Assembly (NCBI RefSeq): GCF_009914755.1
Contig: NC_060926.1
Length of the DNA stretch: 64,000 nt
Strand: one strand, 5' to 3'
DNA from: the human T2T-CHM13v2.0 reference genome, Homo sapiens
Both the position numbers and the translations under genes were made by a program. Each line of letters begins with the position of its first letter. The stretch's first letter is position 1. Below the pieces are notes generated by a model. That model had not been told where the DNA came from. It did no database searches and saw only the letters and a list, made by a program, of their open reading frames with translations. This document shows, one piece after another, positions 30,190 through 44,626 of the stretch.

Positions 30190-32510
30190 AGACAAAATGA
30201 TCTTTTTTGCATTTTTTGCTTAGCAGATATTGTGATTTTTACTAATGGAAGGTTTGTGGCAACCCTGTATATGCAGAGCAATTCTATTGGTGCCATTTTT
30301 CCAATGGTATGTGTTCATTTTATGTTTCTGCATCACATTTTAGTAATTCTCAAAATATTCAAACTTTTTCATTATTATATCTGTTATGGTGATCTGTGAT
30401 CAGTGATCTTTGGCATTATTATTGCCATCGTTTTAGAGCACCACGAACCACGCCAATATAAGACTGAAAACTTATTCAATAAATGTGTTTGTTCTGACTG
30501 CTCCACTGACTGGTCATTCTGTCTCTCTCTCTTTCTATCCTCAGACCTCCCTATTACCTGAGACACAATAATATTGAAATTAGGCCAACTAATAACGCTA
30601 CCTTGGCCTCTAAGTGTTCAAGTGAAATAAAGTCACACATCTCTCACTTTAAATCAAAAGCTAGAAATGACTAAGCTCAGTGAGGAAGGTGTGTTGAAGG
30701 CTGAGATAGGCTAAAAGTTAGGCCTCATTTTAGCCTCATTTAGTCCTGAGATAGGACTAAATAAATAGTCAAGCTGTGAATGCAGAAAAAAAAAGTTCTT
30801 GAAGGAAATTAAAAGTGCTATTCTAGTGAACACACAAATAATAAGAAAGTGAAGTGAACCAGCTTTATTGATGATATGAAGAAAGTTTGAATGGTCTGGA
30901 GACAAGATCAAACCTGCTACAACATTGCCTTAAGCCAAACCTAATTCAGAACAAGGCCCTAACTCTCTTCAATTCTAGTAAGGCTGAGAGAAGTGAGGAA
31001 GCTTTGGGAGAAAAGTTGCTTTATGAGGTTTAAGGAAAAAAGCATCTCCACAATGTAAAAGTGCAAGGTGAAGCAGCAGTGCTAATGTAGAAGCTGCCAC
31101 AAGTTCTCCAGAAGATCTAGCTAAGGTCATTGATAAAGGTGGCTACACCAAATAACATATTTTCCGTGTTGACCAAACAGCTTTCTATTGGAGGAAGATG
31201 CCATCTAGGACTTTCATATCTAGAGAGGAGAAGTCAATGCCTGACTTCAAACTTACGAAAAATAGGCTGACTCTCTTGTTAGGGGATAATGCAGCTGATG
31301 ACTTTAAGTTGAAGCTTACCATTCCAAAAATTCTAGGCCCCTAAGAGGCATGCTAAATCTCCTCTGCCTATGTTCTATAAATAGAATAATAAAGGCTGGA
31401 TGACAGCACATCTGTTGAAAACACAGTTTTTTGAATATTTTAAGCCACTGTTGACACCTACTGTTCAGGAAAAAATACAGCTTTCAAAAATATTAGTGCT
31501 CATTGACAACGCACCTAGTCACCCAGGTGCTCTGACGGAGATGTACAAGGAGATGAATGTTGTTGTGCTTGTTAACCCAACATGAATTCTGCTGCCCATG
31601 GGTCAGGGAGTAATTTTCACTTTGAAGTCTTTTTATTTAAGAAGTAACATTTTACAAGGCTACATCTGCCATAGTTATTCCTCTGAGGGAACTGGGCAAA
31701 GTAAATTGAAAACCCTCTGGAAAGGATTCACCATTCTAGATGCCATTAAGAACATGTACCCTAGAACTTACAGTGTATATATAGATATACACTTTATATG
31801 TATATATATATTTATGAAAGAACATTTGTGATTCATGGGAGGAGGTCAGAATATCCACATAAATAGGTGCTTGAAAGAAGTTGATTCCAACCCTCACAGA
31901 TGACTTTGAGAGTTCAAGACTTCAGAGGGAGTAACTGCAGATGTCATGAAAATAGCAAGATAACTAGAATTAGAAGTGGAGTCTGAAGATGTGCTGCATT
32001 AAATTGCTGCAATCTCATGATAAAACTTGAATGGATAAGCAGTTGCTTCTTATGGATAAGCAAACTGGTTTCTTGAGATGAAATCCACTCCTGGTGAAAA
32101 TGCTATGTTAATAAAAGTAGCAGCAGGGTTTAAGAGAACTCAATCCAATTTTGAAAGACATTCTACTGTGGGTAAAATACTATCAATCAGCATTACATGC
32201 TACAAATAAATCTTTCATGAGAGGAAGAGTCAATTGATGAGGCAAACTTCACAGTTGTCTTATAAGATATTGCCAGTCTAACCTTCAGCAACCACCACCG
32301 TGGTCAGTCAGTTGCTATTAATAAATTAAGATATGTACATTGTTTATTTTTAGACATAAAGCTATTGCATAGTTAGTAGAATACAGTATAGTGTAAACAC
32401 AACTTTTATATGCACTAGGAAGTGAAAAAATTAGTGTGACATGCTTTATTGCAATATTCTCTTTATTGCGGTGGTCTGAAACCAAACCTGTAATATTTCA
32501 GAACTATATC
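30190..32510 (+). mobile_element. Near full-length decayed Tigger1 DNA transposon
   Basis: Tigger1-like ends and pogo-family DDE transposase remnants in ORFs 31400-31585 (LIDNAPSHP) and 31598-31831 (GQGVI..LKSFYLR, LKTLWKGFTILDAIKN). Confidence 0.88.
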
Positions 32511-33004
32511 TGGTATTTTATTATATACCTAGAAAACCCAGTAGACTATTAAATTTCTAAAATTATAACTTATAAGAGAGCTTGGAAAGTCCTTAAGATA
32601 AGTATACAAAAACTAACAGCTTTCATCTCAACTCATTTACAGATATAATTGAGAAAAAGATCTCATTCAAAATAGTGGAAAAAATACATGAGAAAAAGTG
32701 AGCAAGATAGTGGGACATATAACTATGAATCTTGCTAAAAACTAGAGTCTTGTTTGTATGTCTCTCAGGAAAATTTAGTATCCCCACAATAGCAATCCTA
32801 CTGTGTATGTATGTGTGCATATGAATTTCACCAGAATAAAAATAAATTTTTAGAAGAAGTTAAAATGAGTGTAAAATGTATTAAAATAATTAACATCCAG
32901 AAATAGATAAGAGAATTTCGAAGAGGAAAAATTAGTGTGCAGGGATTTGCCTTACCAGATACTAAAATGTATCAAGTTATAAGAATTAAAACAAAGGGTG
33001 CAAA

Positions 33005-33265
33005 AAAAAAATAGAAAGAATTAATAAGACATACTATTTGATAGCACAATAGAATGACTATAATAAATAATTTAATTGTACACTTAAAAATAACTAAGAG
33101 TGTAATTGGATTGTTTGTAACACAAAGGATAAGTGCTTGAGGGAATGGATACCTCATTCTTCATAATGCACTTACTTCACATTGCATGCTTGTATCAAAA
33201 CCTCTCATGTACCCCATAAATATATACACCTACTTGGTATCTATCTACAAAAATTAAAAAAAATT
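33005..33265 (+). mobile_element. L1MA-like 3' end
   Basis: tatttgatagcacaatag ... catgtaccccataaatatatacacctac plus A-rich tail. Confidence 0.7.
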
Positions 33266-35043
33266 ATCAACTAAAACAATAAGGTTTTAAATAGAATAAG
33301 TCAAATTGATCAATTCAGACTAGAGAATCTCCAAAGTTAGTTCTAAGTATATATGGGAAGTTAATATTCACAATGGGAGGAAACATTTCAAACCAGTAGA
33401 AAATGTAATCTATATTTAAAAAATATTTTTGAAATATTTTCTATCCAACTTCAAGAAAACAAAGCCAAATCTACCTCACACTAATCTTAAGATAAGTTTG
33501 ACCTGGGCTAGCAATCTTATTTTTTAAAAAACAACAAAAGTATTAGAAAAATTCTGAGAAAATCCTCTTTTTAAAAAGATAAGTGTTTTTAAGATAATTA
33601 GATGCTACTCTCTGAATTCTAGTGATAGCAAATAACCTTCAAAAGCTCCTTGCAGATTGAAGGCCACAAAAATAGAAGAGATAAGATTATGACTTATTTA
33701 TTTAGCCTAAATTCAAGAGTAAAGGGAGTAGACTACAGTACTCCAATGATGAGAGTGAAATTGGAACAAAGTTTCTTTAAGCAGTTATGCAATGCATATC
33801 AAAATCTTCCAAAATGATTATACACTGATTGAGTGATTACATTTTGAGAACTAAGAAAATAATCAAGGATGTGGCAAGCTCGATATAAAATGATATAAAT
33901 TGCTTATAAGGAGGAGAAAAACCTAGGGGAAAAACGTAACTAGAGAATCCTTTAAGACATGACAGTAGATGAGAATGAAGTATTGTGCACTCATTAAAAA
34001 TCTACTGTAGAAGAATACATAATTATGAAAATATGTTCACCTTAGATTATTTCAGGGGAAACAAGAAAGACTGCAACACATATGTAGAGTGTAACCCTAA
34101 GTCTATGGGAAACACATGTGCTTCCAGAAAAAGCCTAGATGAATTGAAAGTGGCCTATTTATAGGGATTTCCCCCTAAGTGAAAGGATTCCATGATCCGT
34201 TGAAATTCTGCCATATCATTTTTGGTATTTTTGGTTAAACTGTCTAGGAGTTGAGACTACAGTACAGCACTATCAGTCCAGTGAGTTTTTTCTTCTAAGA
34301 GCCTCACAGACCATAGTTCAGTTTTAAAATTGTACTTAAAATTTTTTTCCTTTGGTTTTGTTTTTTAAAGAATTTATTAACATATTATTTCTTTTTAAAA
34401 ATAATTTTAAATTAGGGTTTTTTAAAAAATTTTCACAGAAAGTGGGTAGAGATGTTGGAAGGGCAATTTGGCTCTCTTCACTTTAATCCAAACACCTGGT
34501 TTTGTAAAAGTCTAGCCTCATCATATGTGTAAGCCCCTTGAACAAGGCTGTAGGTTTTGGGGTTTACACACCACAGCTCTGTCTACCTTAATCAGAAAGT
34601 CAGCTCTTCGACGCCTTCAAGATTCTAGATAAAAATCGTTTATTTCTTTCCCTCAGTTTCCTGACTGGGCTCCTCCAGAGGCTGCCCAGGACAGCTTCTC
34701 TGTTCATAAGGCTAAACCACACTCTGGGGTCCTGTGTGAGTAAGGAGACTTCCTTGCCCTGTTCACCCACCCCCTGGGGGGCAGTATTGAATCTTGTTGA
34801 AGCTGAGTCTCTGGGCCTGAAAACAGACTCAGAAATGTTCCTAAGTTAGACTCAGAGGAAATCCAAAACCCTGACAGATTTTGGTGCATGCCATATATTG
34901 ATTCTGGGCACTGCCTGGGAGACACTGTGCTTTAGCTGCTGTTTGTCAGTGTTAGAAGCAGTGGAAAATGTGGCTTTAGGATATCCCAATCCCACTGGTC
35001 CCTATTCCATAGAAAACATGCAGGTGATTGTCAGAATGCTCTA

Positions 35044-35259
<216 letters not shown>

Positions 35260-35349
35260 CTAAAACATGAAGAGGGAGATGTTAGAGAAATTTTAATGAG
35301 AAAAAAGGAAAAATAACTAAATCACTTACTGAAAAATAACATTTCTTAC

Positions 35350-35454
35350 CTGTAGAAATTGGGTGAAAAGAGATACACAGCCCATTGCTACAAAAAGTAG
35401 GCACACACCATTGATCTGTGACCTTTGTTCCTCTTTATCAGGAATTGAAAAAGT
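35350..35454 (-). CDS. ABCB11: ABCB11 coding exon 20 (105 bp), TMD2
   Basis: ttccaag|ACT ... CAG|gtaaga; [35 protein letters not shown]; not in the ORF track, read by hand. Confidence 0.95.
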
Positions 35455-35529
35455 CTTGGAAAGATAGTAAACAAGAAAGTAACTTTATTATAAATAGAAA
35501 AATAAATCTATTTACATGTTTAAAATGAA

Positions 35530-35790
35530 TTTTTCTTACCATGTCATTATATATCTGTCCAAATTCATAAAATATACAACACCAAGAGTGAACCCTAATG
35601 TAAGCTGTGGATCTGTGATAATGATGTGTCAATGTATGTTCATTAATTGTAGGAAATGTATCATTCTGGTGGGAGATGTTGATAATGGGGGAGGTTATGC
35701 GTGTAGGGTGGTAGGGGGTATATGGGAAATCTCTGTACCTTCCTCTAATTTTGCTGTAAACCTAAAAGTGCTCTAAAAAATAAAGTCTTT
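35530..35790 (+). mobile_element. L1MC-like 3' end next to the exon 20 acceptor
   Basis: caacaccaagagtgaaccctaatgtaa ... gggaaatctctgtaccttcc ... aaaaataaagtct. Confidence 0.65.
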
Positions 35791-36024
35791 TAAATAATGG
35801 TTCCACTTTAAACATGCTAGTAATTAAACGAAAGTTAGCTAAGAATATGATGACGATGTACTACAGTCCTCTGTGGGGCGGAAAACCTGGTGAATGAAAA
35901 CCAATGGTGATGACTTACAGAATTTTTGTCTTGTTATTTTGCCTTTTTAGGCAATTGTGTTGGTTTTTCATCAACACAGATGAAAAGGATGATAAAATGA
36001 TTAAAACATTTAAGTAATAAAACT

Positions 36025-36177
36025 GAGAAAGAAGGAAGAAAGGAAGGAAGGAAAGGAAGGAGGGACAGAAGAAGGAAGAGAGGACGGAAGGGAAGAAGGA
36101 AGAAAGGAAGCAAAGAGGGAGGGAAGGAGAGAGGGAGTTATGAAGGAAAAAGGGAAGGAAGGGAGGGAGGGAGGGAA
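36025..36177. repeat. GGAA/GGGA purine-rich low-complexity tract
   Basis: About 150 bp almost entirely A/G on the + strand. Confidence 0.9.
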
Positions 36178-39100
36178 TCGAGATCTGGAAATGTTGTCTG
36201 GGACAAAACTCAAAGTTGTATTAATATTTTGACCGATATCTTTCTCTATTACTAAATGAAAGAAAATATGACTTTCACTCAGGTAATTTGCCGGTTAATT
36301 AGTTTTATAGACTATACAGCATTAAAAAAGAAACTATCAAAGCATTGACTGGAATTGCCTTAGGAGAGAAAAAAATTTCATTCATCTGATATTGAGGTTG
36401 TTGCCTCTAACTCACCAGAAGCTGAAACATTCCCCCACCCCCTAAAAAACTACGGCCATTGTGAGTGGGAGTTTTTAGTGTATAATGCTTAGTAAACTAC
36501 ACTCAAACGTATTCTGAATTTACAGACATCTGTTCAAGTAACTGAGGATCTTGTTACAATAAGAAAAATGAAAGAACATACTCCAATGACATTGCCTTGT
36601 GGTGAAATGGATTTTGTGCATAACAGAACCTTTGTAATTTAGGCCAGGTGAGGGAACTGGGAAGGTCAGAAGTATGCATTAGAGAGCTATACAATACATC
36701 TTTATTCATTTTCCTGAATTAATTTGAGTCATTAAAACAGTGTCAACAAATAGTTGTTCAAAGGAGACCATTTATTCAAAAATATTTACTAAGTAGCTAT
36801 TATTTGCCAAATAAATCTCCTTGGAAACAATATGTGCTACTCCATTAACAAATCCTTTTTTTTGTAAAGCAAAAGTAACCCGTTCAAATTATGGCAAATT
36901 ACAAAGTGAGTAGGAGGGGTTCTAAATTAATGAGATTTTACTGTTTGTAGGATGAAGTTTCTAGGGCCTTCATGGTGCTCAATACTGGTAAAAGTGGGTT
37001 CAGAAAGTAGCACAGTAATTCTTCCCAGCATAGCATAACTCGTAAGTTTACAGAGTCTAAAAATTCAAAAATTTAAAGATAAATATTTTTAAAATTACTG
37101 TGCAAATACCCTGAAACCCCAAACTGCGATGCCACAATTCCCATTCCTCCTTAAGGTCACCTTTTATAATGATGGTCTATAGAACAGCAGATTTTCCCAT
37201 TTAACTCTTATAGATGGAAAATAAAGCCCCAAACATCAAGTTGTTTGTTCAAGTTCATTAAGCTAGTGGTTATTACTAGATAAGAAAATGCCTGTTTTTT
37301 GGCTTCTGGTGCAGTGGTTTTCTATTGGGTATGCTCTTTTAGCTTTTTGTATTACTTACCTTCTCAGTGTTAAAAAAAGAAAGAGCATTTAGCTAATGTT
37401 AAAATTCATACAACTGTCCAATTCAAGGTTGGGCATCTCTCTATCCATAATCTTTTTTCACAAAATTCTGCTCCACGAGTTCTTTGTATATTCTTATTGT
37501 TGAAATGCAACTCCAAGGGCTATCCATCCATAGATTCCTCTGTTCCTTTACTAGTTGTAGTTTTGGCACACATCTTTGCTATTTTTGTAATGGTAAGTTT
37601 GTTGAAGGAGAAAACTAACATTCATTAACCTTTTGCTATGTGCCACATGTCAAATGCGTAGATTAACCTGCTGTAACTTAAATTAGGAATTATGATTCTC
37701 AAAACAACCCAGTGAGGTAGATTTTCTTGCTCCTTATACAGATGAGGAAATTTATCAAGGATAAATCACTCACCTAAATATATACAGATAGTACAGAGTA
37801 GAGACCTACTACAAATCCAGAGCTGGCGACTCTCACATCCATTTTTTTTTTTCCCCAGCATGCTACATCCCAAGTGCTGTGCTTGGAACATTGGCACATT
37901 TTCCAAGTCAAATGGACACAGGGAAAGTGAAGCAGACAAATTACGCCTTACATGTATATTGAGGCTTAGCTAGATTGGCAACTGGGCTCCTAATAAGGCC
38001 CAATCATTTGCTGGGTCCATTCCCACAGTGTGGTCTCAATACAACAAATGTGCATATTGTGCCCTTTAGGTATGTCAGAAGGAAAATAGAGCAACTATAA
38101 ATAGACTCACAATTATACCCTGTGAGAAGAAAGCATCATGAGTTTACTAATGAACACATGATAATTATGCAAAGAGACAACCTACTCTACCAGAGAGGAA
38201 AAATAGTGGTTTGTTCGGCATCATTCTCTTAGCAAATATAACCCTGTGAGAACAAGAACGACGAGTAGACTTTGGATTTCATCACCTAGATGCTGCCTAC
38301 TCTGGTCCTGCAGCCCTTAAGTCTCTAAGTCCATCTTAAGGTTTCTGGTTGTCACCAGAAGAAACACAGAGAATATTGTCACCACCAATGACCAAGCAGG
38401 TGCTCAAGAAGGACAGCAATTATAGTTGAATCTCTTTTTTTTTTTAACTTAGCCATTTCATGGACCACTAGAGCTGGAAGATATCTTAGAGATCATCTTT
38501 TAAATCCTGCATTTTGTAGGAAATGGAGACCGGGAGAAGAGGTATGACATGATCCCAGGGCACACAGGATGTGGTAAGTAACTAGAAGAGCCAGTTTCAG
38601 AAGAAAGATCTCCTGACAGGAAAGTCAGAACTCTCCACAGCAGCTCATATGCACAGTTTAGGTGGAGATGGGTGAGGATATTCTTTACTCTGCTTTTATA
38701 AGAGGTAAAGAAATAATCAGCAAAGAAGCTGACATTTTGGATTTCTTTTAAAAAGCAAACATCCAGGACACAGGCTTGGATTCTTTCTGATCCAACCCTA
38801 TTCCCTACACCTTCTACACTAACATCATTGCCCAGTGAAATGCACTTCCCCAGCTTCTCCCTACTAGAATGTCAGCTTTGTGCAAGCAACACACAAACAC
38901 ACAATGATTTTCTTGTCCTCCACTCTATGCCCAACATTAGTTACAATGCCTGGAAAACTATAGGTGGTAAATATCTGTTGAATGATGAGTGGGTTTTTTT
39001 TTGTTGATGTTATCTTCCTCACAGACTGAAAACTCCACTAGGGAAAGCATCATAACCGATATGCATTCCCCAGTCCACAGCACCATGTCTGGGGAAGACA

Positions 39101-39301
39101 ATCAATACAGATCTGTCGAGGGAATAAAAGATGATTCATTTTATATTTGGATATTGTACCTACTAGGAAATCAAGAAATATAAATTATTTCAAAGATTTT
39201 CAGCATAAAAGTTTATGGCACCATATAACTAGAAATTCAGTTAATCAAAGTTGAGTGTTTCCGATTCTCTACCTTTCTGAAATTAATGTGATTTCTTCAC
39301 T

Positions 39302-39320
39302 TACCACAAGGGGGCAATGC
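39302..39320 (+). promoter_or_regulatory. Candidate CTCF site
   Basis: ACCACAAGGGGGCAATG. Confidence 0.45.
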
Positions 39321-40203
39321 GAAAACTACAGTGGTGGCTGGGGCCCTCCTTACACGATGGACTTGATTTTGTTTGTGGATTATCCAGGTTTTTCTGTACA
39401 ACTCATGCTTGTGGGGTCATTTTTACGGTCAGGAGAGGTGATGTGAGAGAAAGAAATGGAGTAGGGAACTAAAATGTAAGCTTTTATCATTTAATAAGCT
39501 CTGACAATGTGATATGTTGGCAAATTCTATAGACTAGGATTCGGTAAACCTGGGCCCTAGTCCTGGCCCCATCACCTTGTACAAGTTGACAGTTCTAGGT
39601 TTCCTTCCTTGTGGACCTCAAAGGATTTATGTGTATATATGTGTGTGTGAATTTCAGCCAAGAAAACATGATCACATTTTTTTAAACTGCTTTTTTAAAA
39701 TTAACTTTTTAAAATTTTTGTATATTTAGGGGGTACAAGCACAGATTTCTTACATGCATATTGAAGTCTGGGCTTTTAGTGCACCCATCACCTGAATAGT
39801 GAACATTGTACCCAATAGGCAATTTTTCAACCTTCATCTCCCTCCCATCCTCCCAACTTTTGGAGTCTTTAGTGTCTATTATTCCACCCTGTATGTCTAT
39901 GTTTACCCATTGTTTAGCTCTCACTTTTAAGTGAGAACATGTGGCATCTGATTTTTTGTTTCTGAATTTTTTCACTTAGGGTAATGTCCTCCAGTTCTGT
40001 CCATGTTGCTGCAAAAGACATGATTTCATCCTTTTTATGGCTGAGTAGTATTCCATGGTATATCGTATTTTCTTTATCCAATCCTCTGTTGATAAAAATT
40101 TAGATTGATTCTGTGTCTTTGCTATTGTGAATAGTGTGACAATAAACATATGAGTGCAGGTATCTTTTTGACATAATGACTTCTTTCCCTTTGTATATGC
40201 CCA

Positions 40204-40621
40204 TATGATGGCTAATACTGAGTGACAACTTGATTGAAGAATACAAAGTATTGATCCCCTGGGTGAGTCTGTGAGGGTGTCGACAAAGGAGATTAACATT
40301 TGAATCAGCAGTATGGGGAAGGCAGACCCACCCTTAATCTGGTGGGCACAATTTAATCAGCTCTCAGTGAATATAAAGCAAGAAGAAAAAAATGTAAACG
40401 AGCAAGACTGGCCTAGCCTCCCAGCCTACATCTTTCTCTCCTGCTGTATTCTTCCTGCCCTCAAACATCAAACTCAAAGTTCTTCAGTTTTTAGACTCAG
40501 ACTGGCCTTCCTTGCCCCTCAAGCTTGCAGACAGCCTATTGTGGGACCTTGTGATCATGTGTAAGTTAATACTTAATAAACTCCTATATATATATAAAAT
40601 GATATATATCCTATTACTCCC

Positions 40622-40666
<45 letters not shown>

Positions 40667-40788
40667 AGGATATATATCCTATAAACGCCTATAAATATGT
40701 ATATATATGTGTATATGTGTGTGTGTATACATATATGGATATATATCCTATTAGTTCTGTCCCTCTAGAGAACGCTGTCCCTAATACA
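40204..40788 (+). mobile_element. MLT2A-like ERVL solo LTR nested in L1
   Basis: tatgatggctaatactgagtg...ctaataca; 5-bp TSD gccca; internal TA/CA microsatellite. Confidence 0.8.
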
Positions 40789-43700
40789 GCCCAGTAGTGG
40801 GATTACTGGATGAAATGGTAGTTCCATATTTAGTTCTTTGAGAAATCTCCATTCTGTTTTCCATAAAGGTTGTACTAATTTACATTCTCACCAGCAGTAT
40901 ATAAGCATTCTTTTTTCTCCACATCTTTGCTAACATCTGTTGTTTTTATACTTTTTAAAGATAGCTGTTCTGACTGTTGTAAAATGGTATCTCTTTGTGG
41001 TTTTAATTTACATGTCTATGATGATTAGTGATGTTGAGCATTTTTTTAATGTTTGTTGGCTGCTTGTATGTCTTCTTTTGAAAAATATCTGCTCATGTCC
41101 TTCACCTACCTTTTAATGAAATTATTTGGTTGTTGCTTGAGTTGAGTTCCCTATAGATTCTGAATATTAGCCCTTTGTTGGATGTAATGTTTGTAAATAT
41201 TTTCTCCAATTGTGTAAGTTGTTTGTTTACTCTGTTGACTGCTTCTTTTGCTGTGCAAAAGCTTTTTAGCTTAATTTATTCCCATTTGTCTATTTTTGTT
41301 TTGGTTGTGTTTGCTTTTGAGGACTTTGAATTAAATTCTTTGCCTAAGCAAATGTCCAGAAGAGTTTTTCCTAGGTTTTCTTCTAGTATTTTTATAGTTT
41401 CAGGTCTATGTTTAGGTGTTCTATCTATCTTGTGTTAATTTTGTAAGTGGTGAGAGGTATGGGTCTAATTTCTTTCTTCTGCATACTGCTATCCAATTTT
41501 TCCAGCACCTTTTATTGAGTAGGGTGTCACTTCTTCAATGAATATTTTTGTTGACTTTTTCAAAGATAACTTGGTTTTAGGTATGTGGCTTTGTTTCTGG
41601 GTTCTCTATTCTGTTCCATTGATCTATGTGTCTATTTGTATACCTTGGTAGAATAATTTAGTCAGCCAAATAATATGATACCTTTAGCTTTGTTCCTTTT
41701 GCTTAGGATTGCTTTGGCTATTAGGGCTCTTTTTTTTAGTTCCATGTGAATTTTAAAATTGTTTTTTTCTAATTCTGTGAAAAATGACATTGGTAATTTG
41801 ATAGTGATTGCATTGAATCAGTGGATTGGTTTGGGAAGTATGGTCATTTTAATGTTATTAATTCTTCCAATCCATGAGCATGGGATGTTTTTCCTTTTGT
41901 TTGTGGCATCTATGATTTCTTTTATCAGTGTTTTGTGGTCCTCCTTAGGGAGATCTTTCACCTCTTTGCTTAAATATATTCCTAAGTATTTTTTTTGTAG
42001 CTATTGTAAATGGGATTAACTTCATGATTTGGCCCTCAACTAGATCAATATTGGTGTATAGAAACACTATTGATTTCTGTAAATTAATTTTGTATCCTGA
42101 AAGTTTACTGAATTCACTTACTAAATTTAAGAGTTTTTGGTGAAGTCTTTAGGGTATTCTATAAATAATATGATTTCATCAGTAAACAGGGATAATTTGG
42201 CTTCCTCTTTTCTAATTTGCATGCCTTTTATTTTTTTTCTCTTGCCTGATTGCTCTGGCAAGGACTTCCAGTACTATGTTAAATAAGAGTGGTGAAAATT
42301 GGCATCCTTATCTTGTCCCAGTTCTTAGAATTCTTTCAACTTTTCCCCATTAAGTATGATATTTGCTGTTGGTTTGTATGGCTTTTATTATGTCGAAGTA
42401 TGTTCCTTCTATGCCTAGTTTATTGAGAATATTTATCAAGAAGGGATGATGAATTTTGTTGAATGTTTTTTCTGCATCTATTGAAATGATAATTTTTTCC
42501 CTTAATATTGTTTATGTGATATATCATGTTTATTGCTTTGCATATGTTGAACCATCCTTGCATGCCTTGTATAAATCCCACCTGATCATGGTGTGTTATC
42601 TTTTTGATGTGCTCTTGGATTCAGTTATTTTGTTAAGGATTTTTACATCTATGTTCATCAGAGATATTGGTCTGTAGTTTTCTGTTTTTGTGATGTCCTA
42701 GTCTGGTTTTGGTATCAGGTGATATTGGCCTTGTAGAATGAGTTAGGGAGAATTCCCTCCTCTGATTTCTAAAATAGTTTCAGGAGGATTGGTATTAGCT
42801 CTCTGCCTGTTTGGTAGAATTCAGCTATGAATCCTTCTGGTCCTGGGCTTTTATTTTTTTTTGTTAGGAAATTTTTTATTACTGACTCAGTCTTGCTACT
42901 CATTATTAGTCTGTTCAGGTTTTCTATTTCTTCCTGATTTAATCTTGGTAGGTTGCACGCTTCCAGGAATTTATCTATTTCCTCTAAGTTTTCCAGTGTA
43001 GGTTTTCATAATAGTCTGTGATAATCTTTTGTATTTCTGTGGTATCTGTTATAATATCTTCTTTTTCATTTTTGATTGAGTTTATTTGGATTTTCTCTCT
43101 TTTTGATTAGCTAGCAGTTTATCAATTTTATCTTTTCAAAGAAACAATTTTTTGTTTCATTGCTCCTTTGTTTTTTTTTTTTTGTTTGTTTCTATTTTGT
43201 ATAGTTCTGCTCTGGTCTTTGTTATTTCTTTTCTTTTGCTAACTTTGGGTTTGGTTTGTTCTTTTTCTAGTTTCTTGAAGTGCAATGATAGATTGTTAAT
43301 TTGTGATCTTTCTACTTTTTTATGTAGGCATTTAATGCTATCAACTTCCCTCTTAGCACTGCTTTTGCTGTATCTCACAGGTTTTGGTATGTTGTGTTTT
43401 CATTTTCATTCATTTCAAAAAATTTTCTAATTTCCATCTTAATTTCTTCATTGACCCAGTGATTATTCAAGAGTATGCTGTTTAATTTCCATGTATTTGT
43501 ATAGTTTCCAAACTTCTTCTTAGTATTGATTTCTAGTTTTATTTCACTGTGGCCTGAGAAGATACTTGATATGGCTTCAGTTTTTAAAAAATTCATTAAG
43601 ACTTGTTTTGTGGCCTAATATCTGATCTATCTTGCAAAATGTTCCATATCCTGAGGAAAAGACTGTACATTCTGTAGTTGTTGGGTAGAATGTTCTGTAA

Positions 43701-44180
43701 ATGTCTGTTAAGTTTGATATAAAATCCAGTTTATGTCCAATGTTTGTTTGCTGATTTTCTGACATGATGATCTGGCTAGTGTGTGAGTGGCATGTTAAAT
43801 TCCCCCACTATTATTGCATTGCCCTATCTTTCTTTAGTTTTGCTTATATTTGTTTTGTGAATTTGGGTGCTCTGATGTTGAGTTCATATATATTTAGAAT
43901 TGTTATAACGTTTTGTTGAATTTATCATTACATAATTATCTTGTCTTTTTTTTTTTTTACTATTTTTGATTTAAAGTGTTTTATCTGATATAAGTGTGGC
44001 TACTTTTGCTCAACTTTGGTTTCCATTTGCATGGAATATCTTTTTACGCCCCATTACTCTCAGTCTATATGTGTCTTTATAGGTAAGGTGAGTTTCTTAT
44101 AGTCAGCATTTAGTTGGATTATTTTTTTAATCCATTCTTCCAATATGTATTTAATAGTGGACATTTAATCCATTTACATT

Positions 44181-44626
44181 TGTGAAAGGAAAATATGGGC
44201 CCCCAAAATCACTAAGCTAAAGAGAAAAGTCAAATCGGGAACTGCTTAGGGCAAACCTGCGTCCCATTCTATTCAAAGTCACCCCTTTGCTCACTGAGAT
44301 AAAGGGATGCCTGATTGCCTCCTTTGGAGAGGCTAATCAGAAGCTCAAAAGAATGTAACCATTTGTCTCTTATCTACCTATGACCTGGAAGACCCCTCTC
44401 TGCTTTGGCTTGTCCTGCCTTTCCAGACCAAACCAATGTTCACCTTACATATGTTGATTGATGTCTCGTGTCTCCCTAAAATGTATACAACCAAACTGTG
44501 CTCTGACTGCCTTGGGCACATGTTGTCAGGACTTCCAGAGGCTGTGTCATGGGTGCACATCCTCAACCTTGGCAAAATAAACTTTCTAAATTAACTGGGA
44601 CCTGTCTCAGATTTTTGGGAGTCACA
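44181..44626 (+). mobile_element. MER4A-like ERV1 solo LTR nested in L1
   Basis: TG...CA termini, 4-bp TSD catt, AATAAA near 44576. Confidence 0.8.

Noticed and set aside
31400-31831. Possible domesticated Tigger transposase
   Set aside because: Multiple stops, frameshifts and a TA-rich insertion; a fossil
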